Source: a bacterium (GTDB taxonomy: Bacteria; Zhuqueibacterota; Zhuqueibacteria; Residuimicrobiales; Krinioviventaceae). From it: a DNA stretch of 64,000 nt. The stretch lies in contig CAXXMD010000003.1 of the NCBI GenBank assembly GCA_963675755.2, positions 2,560,001 through 2,624,000 on the forward strand, in the 5' to 3' direction. Made by a program: the position numbers and the translations under genes. Within the stretch, counting starts at the first letter, position 1, and each line of letters opens with the position of its first letter. Shown here in pieces: positions 58,128 through 64,000 of this stretch. The notes under the pieces were generated by a model. The model was not told where the DNA came from. It was given only the letters and a program-made list of their open reading frames with translations, and searched no databases.

Positions 58128-59366
58128 ATGACTTCACGCGAACGTTTGTTAGCAGCACTAGACCACAAAGAGCCAGACAAAGTACCTGTCGATTTGGGCT
58201 CTCACCCCAGTTCAGGCATTTCTGTTATTGCCTATAATAATTTAAAAAAATATTTACAATTGTATCCGGGGCAGACCCGTGTTTATGATGTCGTTCAGCA
58301 GCTTGCTGAACCCGAAGATGATATGCTGGACAGATTTGGAATAGACATTATTGATATTGGCAGATTATATAATAGAAACCAGGACTATTGGTATCCTATT
58401 CAGGCTGCTGACGGTTCAGATGCTTTGTATCCCACCGGTATTCGTCCGGTGAAACAAGAGGACGGATCTTTTTTGATTTTAAAAAATGGTAGTGCAATTG
58501 CAAAAATGCCATCTGGTGGTACTTTTTTTGACCAGACATTTTTTCCGTATCTTGAGGGATATCCCCGTGATTTTATGGATCTGAAAACAGATATGGATAT
58601 GGTAATGTGGGGCTCGGTGGCTGTGCCGCCCTGGGACCATACAGACGAGCCGAACTTTTGGAAAGATCTGAGACAAAAGCTGATTGATTTTAGAGAAACC
58701 TCTGACCGGGCGGTGCTCATATCTGTAGGATGTAATCTTTTCGAGTGGGGATCGTTCCTTCGACGTATGGATAATTTTTTAATGGATGTGTTGGCTGATC
58801 CTGATAATGTTGCGGCGCTTTTGGAAGCTTTGATGGAACTACATATGCAGACATTGACCAGGGTATGTGAGTATGTTGGTGACCTGGTAGATGTTATAAA
58901 GTTTGGTGATGATCTGGGAATGATCAATGGTCCTTTTATGCCACCGGTGACGTATCGGGAGCTTTTTAAGCCGCATCACAAATATTTGAATGAATATACC
59001 CATGCACACTCGACTGCAAAAACACTGCTTCATTCCTGTGGGTCAATTTATGCCCTGCTGCCGGATTTGATTGAGGCGGGCTTTGATGCTATCAATCCAG
59101 TGCAGACGAATTGCCTGGATATGGAACCGAAAAAGTTGAAAAGCGAGTTTGGCAAAGATATAACTTTTTGGGGTGGCGGTGTTGATACTGCCACGGTATT
59201 GAACAGAGAGAATCCGGAAAATGTTTATAAACATGTTTTGGAAAGATTAGAGATTTTTGCACCTGGCGGCGGGTATGTATTTAATTCTATCCATAACATT
59301 CTTCCCGAAGTCCCACCTGAAAATATTTTAGCCATGTTTAATGCTGTTAAAGATTTTAACGGATAA
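58128..59366 (+). CDS. Uroporphyrinogen decarboxylase-like / MtaA-CmuA methyltransferase family protein
   Basis: MTSRER, PDKVPVDLG, GDDLG, LHSCG, INPVQ, FWGGGVD and HNI motifs. Confidence 0.85.
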   Translation: MTSRERLLAALDHKEPDKVPVDLGSHPSSGISVIAYNNLKKYLQLYPGQTRVYDVVQQLAEPEDDMLDRFGIDIIDIGRLYNRNQDYWYPIQAADGSDALYPTGIRPVKQEDGSFLILKNGSAIAKMPSGGTFFDQTFFPYLEGYPRDFMDLKTDMDMVMWGSVAVPPWDHTDEPNFWKDLRQKLIDFRETSDRAVLISVGCNLFEWGSFLRRMDNFLMDVLADPDNVAALLEALMELHMQTLTRVCEYVGDLVDVIKFGDDLGMINGPFMPPVTYRELFKPHHKYLNEYTHAHSTAKTLLHSCGSIYALLPDLIEAGFDAINPVQTNCLDMEPKKLKSEFGKDITFWGGGVDTATVLNRENPENVYKHVLERLEIFAPGGGYVFNSIHNILPEVPPENILAMFNAVKDFNG

Positions 59367-59397
59367 AAAAAGGCGGATATTATAACCGCCTTTTTTT
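59365..59397. terminator. Bidirectional terminator
   Basis: A7-GGCGG-loop-CCGCC-T7 between convergent genes. Confidence 0.75.
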
Positions 59398-60028
59398 ATC
59401 GGGTTGCTACAAATGGCGCTTTTTGATACCAGGTATCGTGATGGAGTTGCTCGAGCATAAAATCAGCCAGATCGTAACGGTTGACTTTAAAACCCAGCAG
59501 GTCCCAATCCCCGGCCCGGATTCTTCCGGTAGCCGGGTCGTCAGTAATTTTGGGGGTACGGATTGTCGTCCAGTCAAGATGTGATTGTGAAAGGACTTCA
59601 AACTCTTTTTGCTTTGCTTTGATCATGTGTTTTTGAGAACTGTTTGCAAGAGAGATGATCATTCTTCGTTTAAAGCTGATCCGGTCATCGGGTATCCGCA
59701 GGGCGCTGTGTGAAATGGTAATGATTCGTTTTATGTTGTGTTTGTCCATAGATTGAACAAGATGCACCATGGCAACCCTGAACAAGTCTGGTTGGTGGGG
59801 TGCATTTGTAGGACCAGCCGTAGACAATACAGCATCTGCGCCATCAACAACGGTTTCAAAAATGTGATCATCGGCAAGCGAGCCATGTATGGCATTGACA
59901 TTATTCTGAAGGTCGCCTAATTTTTCGGGTGTACGTGCGAGTATGGTAATTTCATGACCGGCGTCTAATGCTTTTCTGACCAAAACTTTGCCAACAAAAC
60001 CAGTTGCCCCCAGTATTGCGAGCTTCAT
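59396..60028 (-). CDS. NAD(P)H-binding oxidoreductase (flavin reductase / atypical SDR-like)
   Basis: MKLAILGATGFVG Rossmann motif, LDWTTIR and RYDLADFML. Confidence 0.85.
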   Translation of the reverse strand: MKLAILGATGFVGKVLVRKALDAGHEITILARTPEKLGDLQNNVNAIHGSLADDHIFETVVDGADAVLSTAGPTNAPHQPDLFRVAMVHLVQSMDKHNIKRIITISHSALRIPDDRISFKRRMIISLANSSQKHMIKAKQKEFEVLSQSHLDWTTIRTPKITDDPATGRIRAGDWDLLGFKVNRYDLADFMLEQLHHDTWYQKAPFVATR

Positions 60029-60183
60029 GTTACACCCTTTCATGTTGTTTTGTATCATTTCAATAACATTTTCAGGTGAACAAGTTATTTCATTTATTGT
60101 AAACTGTCAGTCTTAACAACTGTTGTTTTTTATCCCGGATTCGTTTCAATATCAATGGGTTTCAAAATACCCCCGATCTTGAT

Positions 60184-60816
60184 TTAATGTTTATAATTAA
60201 TAAAAGCTAAACGAATGCCCAGTGCTACCAGAATGCTACCGCTTATACGCTGCATAAGCGTGGATAGCCAGGCCTTTTGATTCAGCCAGGTACCCATGTG
60301 GCCGGAAAAATATCCTACCAGTCCGAGATAGAGCAGGGTCATGCCTGCAAACAAGCCGCCATAGGTCAGCATTTGCAGTGAAGCCGGCCCCCGGTTTGGA
60401 GATACAAATTGGGGCAGAAAGGTCATGAAAAATAAAGCAACTTTGGGATTCAGAACATTTGATAATATCCCCTGAGTAAATATCTTTTTGGTGTTCATGG
60501 CCTTTTGGGGAGCATTCAATGGTATTGAATTTTTATTGATCAGTGCTTTAATACCCAGATAGATCAGGTAAATGGCTCCTGTGAGCTTGACAGCAGTAAA
60601 AGCAATAGAAGAAGTCATTAAAATAACCGCCAGCCCAAATGCCGCAAATGCTGTGTGCACCAGAATACCCAGGGTCACACCAATGGCAGATATTAACCCT
60701 GCCTTGCGGCCCCGCGAAAGTCCTTGCGTCAATACATAGATGCTGTCAGGTCCGGGTGCAAGGATCAAAACAACAGAAGTTACCAAAAACAGTACTATGG
60801 CTGATTGTGAAAACAT
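60184..60816 (-). CDS. LysE/RhtB family translocator
   Basis: APGPD, GAIYLIYLG and SNVLNPKVALFF. Confidence 0.92.
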   Translation of the reverse strand: MFSQSAIVLFLVTSVVLILAPGPDSIYVLTQGLSRGRKAGLISAIGVTLGILVHTAFAAFGLAVILMTSSIAFTAVKLTGAIYLIYLGIKALINKNSIPLNAPQKAMNTKKIFTQGILSNVLNPKVALFFMTFLPQFVSPNRGPASLQMLTYGGLFAGMTLLYLGLVGYFSGHMGTWLNQKAWLSTLMQRISGSILVALGIRLAFINYKH

Positions 60817-61012
60817 TGTTTTCCCCGTTTGTGATTTTCGGTTTCAGGTTATATAACGCAGAATAGAGTTTATTGTTTCAGTTTAACTTGACGGATACAG
60901 GTATATAATGACAGGCAGCCAATATCTTTTTACTTGAAAAAATACATTCGCTTTTCTATATTCTTTTACATATCCTGATAAATCCTCAATTTGTTATACA
61001 CAAGGAAATATT

Positions 61013-62281
61013 ATGAGCAAATCCAACCGTTTTGACCGAAGACATTTCCTCAAAAGCACTGCCGCGGCAGCTGCGTTTACAATTGTTCCCCGAAGGGTGC
61101 TTGGCGGCACCGGTTATACACCTCCCAGTGAAGAGCTGACCAAAGCTGTTATTGGCGTAGGTGGTATGGGGCGCGGACATGTTCGTTATTCAGGCGCCAG
61201 ACTTTTAGCTGTATGTGATGTAGACAAGAACCATTTAAAGCAAGCAATGGAACTTGGCGGCCCCGATGTTAAGGGCTATCATGATTTCAGAGACGTACTG
61301 GCCCGTCCTGATATTGATGTAGTACATATTGCGACTCCACCGCACTGGCACGCACTTATGTCTATTGCCGCAGCCAAAGCAGGCAAGGATGTATGGTGTG
61401 AAAAACCCATGACCCGTACCATAGGTGAGGGGCAAAAAGTTGTAGAAACCATCCAAAAATATGATCGCATGTTTCGTATTAATACCTGGTTTCGATTTGA
61501 CAGTAATTTGTATCGATTCCTTGTTCCCGCAAAACCGGTCAAAAAACTGGTGCAAAGCGGACTTTTGGGCTGGCCCCTAAAGTTTACCGTAAGTGATGCC
61601 ACCGGTTTTGGCTGGAAATTCTACTGGAGCGGTAAAACCCACTATACTCCGCAATGGGTTCCCGAAGAATTGGATTATGATATGTGGCTGGGACCTGCCC
61701 CGTACAAACCGTATCATCCACACCGTGTACATCAAACATTTCGCGGTTATTGGGATTATGACGGCGGCGGCCTGGGCGATATGGCACAGCATTACCTTGA
61801 TCCTGTACAATACTTTTTAGATAAAGATGATACCAGTCCCGTCAAGATTGTTGCAGATGCACCCCAGGCACATCCCGATGCATGCGGAAGCTGGCGCAAG
61901 ATTACCATGACTTATGATGATGGCTGCCAGATTGAACTGGTGGGTGGCGAGCACAAGGCAAATGTTCCTTATATTGAAGGCCCCAACGGCAAAGTCTACC
62001 CCGGATTTAAATCCGATATTCCTGATCTGGAAAAGAAACTGCGAGATTTCCCGGATCCCGCACCACAGGAAACTGATTTTTATCAGGCAGTGCGCGAGCG
62101 CCGTAAATTTGCATTGAACGAGCAGAACGGTCACCGCTCTTGCACCCTTGTGAATCTGGCCAAAATTGCTGTTCGATTGGGACGTCCATTAAATTTTGAT
62201 CCTGATCTTCAACAATTTGTGGATGATGATGAAGCGAACCGGTTGATTAATCAACCCATGCGCGCACCCTGGCACCTGTAG
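61013..62281 (+). CDS. Tat-exported Gfo/Idh/MocA family oxidoreductase
   Basis: DRRHFL signal, IGVGGMG, ATPPHWH, CEKP and WLGPAP. Confidence 0.92.
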   Translation: MSKSNRFDRRHFLKSTAAAAAFTIVPRRVLGGTGYTPPSEELTKAVIGVGGMGRGHVRYSGARLLAVCDVDKNHLKQAMELGGPDVKGYHDFRDVLARPDIDVVHIATPPHWHALMSIAAAKAGKDVWCEKPMTRTIGEGQKVVETIQKYDRMFRINTWFRFDSNLYRFLVPAKPVKKLVQSGLLGWPLKFTVSDATGFGWKFYWSGKTHYTPQWVPEELDYDMWLGPAPYKPYHPHRVHQTFRGYWDYDGGGLGDMAQHYLDPVQYFLDKDDTSPVKIVADAPQAHPDACGSWRKITMTYDDGCQIELVGGEHKANVPYIEGPNGKVYPGFKSDIPDLEKKLRDFPDPAPQETDFYQAVRERRKFALNEQNGHRSCTLVNLAKIAVRLGRPLNFDPDLQQFVDDDEANRLINQPMRAPWHL

Positions 62282-62296
62282 AATAGAGGACTTGTT

Positions 62297-64000
62297 ATGA
62301 TAAAATTAAAGCATCTTGTAGTATTTTTAATCATTATAACCGCTTTGACCGGTTGTAATAAAGCTGTTATGCAGGGCGGTTCGCAAACTGCGCATGTTCC
62401 CTTGAGGGAATTGCTTGCAACATTACCTGCAGACAATTTGACTGAACAGAATCTGATTATGAATGCAATTCTGGACTATGGAGAGCCCGGCATTCTGGCA
62501 GTATGTGATCAACTGGCATCTGCAGACACGCTGAAAAGTGTTCCGGCCCATTATGCCATTGACGGATTAACCCAGTATGTTTCTCAGAACAGACCTGCGC
62601 AGAACAGCTTGTACGTCCAGGCATTGCACAAAGTGTTAACGAATAGTACCAATCTCCCTGTTGCTGAAAAAGTGTTTATTATAAAACAAATACAATACAC
62701 GGGCGGTCCTGAATCCATCTCTTTGTTAAAAGGATTTCTGGGAGATCCTGAACTGGTGGATGGAGCGGTTCGTGCATTGGTAGCCATTGGCGGCCCCGAA
62801 GCAGGGAATGTATTGTTGTCAGCCATTGAAAATGTAGAAAAGTTCCAGAAACAGTTTATTATTCAAGCCCTGGGTGAACTGGATTATACACCTTCCGCTG
62901 TGCAATTGCTGAAATACGCAGAAGATAAAGATTTGCGTGATGCGTCTTTGAATGCACTTGCTCAAATGGGTGTAAAATTGGCAGCTCCGCAGATCAAGGC
63001 TCTGGTGAAAAAAGAATCCGAATACACGGATCTATATTTGAGGTTGGCCAGCGGATTGGCAGAACACAAAGATGTTGACGGTTGTGTTGCCATATGCCGG
63101 GAGCTTTTGGATGGGGATACTCCCGAACATTATAAAGTTGCCGCATTGGGTCTTTTGGTAGAGTTGGAATGGGAAAAAGCCTTTGATGACGTTTTTGATA
63201 TGGCCGTTAGCGATAGTAATAAAGCCCGTGTTGCAGCCCTGCGATTGGCAGAAGGATTTTTTGATGAAGCCTTGATTGGTAAATGGGTAGCTCAACTGGA
63301 AAAAAGTTCTCCTGCGGTACAGGCTGATATCATTGACATGCTGGGCAGAATGCAGGAACCGTCTGTGGTACCGGTAATGCAGCAAAAATTAAAAGATGGT
63401 CCTACCGAGGTCCGATTGGCTGCTATAAAAGCTCTGGTATCTATTGATGGCGATGATGCTGCTGATGATCTTGCAAAAACGCTGGCAACATCTGCTTCAG
63501 AAAAGATAGAATTTGATTTGTTGAAGCGACAATTGCAGACAATATCTAGCGATATGCTGGTTCCGGCTTTGAACGCAAATCTGAATGTTGCTTCTGCCGA
63601 GGCTAAAGTGATTATGATAGATCTGCTGGTCGAACGGGATGCGGCTGAGAAATCTGCATTAATTGCACAGTTGGGTGACGATCCCAAAGTTAATGCTGCC
63701 GTTATCGGGTCAGTTGCTTCAAAAATGGATTTGAATGATTTTAATACAATTTTTGATATTTATCTGGCTTCAACAGGTTCGGAACAACGTGCGGCCCGTA
63801 ACGCGCTTGCGGAATATACCGCAAACGGCAAAGATCGACGCGATGCGGTAAAGCAGGTACAGGAAGCTTACAAGAATGCACCTGTTGATAAAAAAGCGGA
63901 TTATTTTAATTTATTCCGTGCAATTAGCGGCAAGAGTTTTCTTGCTTTGATAGTTCAGGCAATTGATGAACCGGAATTGAAAGATGCGGCTGTACGCACT
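62297..64000 (+). CDS. HEAT-repeat lipoprotein, 3'-truncated by the window edge (absent from the ORF track)
   Basis: ATG 62297 after GAGGA; MIKLKHLVVFLIIITALTGC lipobox; HEAT-like AVRALVAIG, IQALGEL and VRLAAIKAL; no in-frame stop seen before the window end. Confidence 0.8.
   Translation, partial: MIKLKHLVVFLIIITALTGCNKAVMQGGSQTAHVPLRELLATLPADNLTEQNLIMNAILDYGEPGILAVCDQLASADTLKSVPAHYAIDGLTQYVSQNRPAQNSLYVQALHKVLTNSTNLPVAEKVFIIKQIQYTGGPESISLLKGFLGDPELVDGAVRALVAIGGPEAGNVLLSAIENVEKFQKQFIIQALGELDYTPSAVQLLKYAEDKDLRDASLNALAQMGVKLAAPQIKALVKKESEYTDLYLRLASGLAEHKDVDGCVAICRELLDGDTPEHYKVAALGLLVELEWEKAFDDVFDMAVSDSNKARVAALRLAEGFFDEALIGKWVAQLEKSSPAVQADIIDMLGRMQEPSVVPVMQQKLKDGPTEVRLAAIKALVSIDGDDAADDLAKTLATSASEKIEFDLLKRQLQTISSDMLVPALNANLNVASAEAKVIMIDLLVERDAAEKSALIAQLGDDPKVNAAVIGSVASKMDLNDFNTIFDIYLASTGSEQRAARNALAEYTANGKDRRDAVKQVQEAYKNAPVDKKADYFNLFRAISGKSFLALIVQAIDEPELKDAAVRT

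Noticed and set aside
1-64000. CRISPR arrays, tRNA/rRNA genes, IS elements, prophage genes
   Set aside because: No regularly spaced repeats, cloverleaf or rRNA signatures, or transposase, integrase or phage motifs were seen by eye. A covariance-model scan would be needed to exclude small RNAs completely.

Overview
AT-rich bacterial chromosomal window with about 44 protein-coding genes. No rRNA, tRNA, CRISPR array, integrase or transposase is recognisable. The TonB-dependent receptors, PorV/PorQ-like and FlgD-Ig/T9SS-like proteins, Tat-exported sulfatases and sigma28 promoters suggest an FCB-group organism such as KSB1 or Calditrichota (inference only). Main content: three large orphan PAS/GAF sensor kinases; a metal and oxidative-stress block (frameshifted Fur/PerR, bacterioferritin, SulP, and a DtxR regulator - His-rich RAPP peptide - TonB receptor operon); glycan-degradation genes (PL10-like lyase, two sulfatases, MGH1-like and GH127 hydrolases); a SusD-less TonB receptor/Fn3/PorV/FlgD cluster with a LacI-type operator; and an ALDH/Fe-ADH/HAD/GATase/organophosphate-MFS operon. 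Two systems stand out. (1) A DUF3800 (RNase H-like) gene faces a self-contained ~55-nt three-hairpin ncRNA that has its own near-consensus sigma70 promoter and terminator. (2) A putative metal-sensing ribosome-arrest leader peptide (His-rich, ending RAPP) lies between a DtxR repressor and a TonB-dependent receptor. All family assignments come from motif recognition by eye, not database searches.
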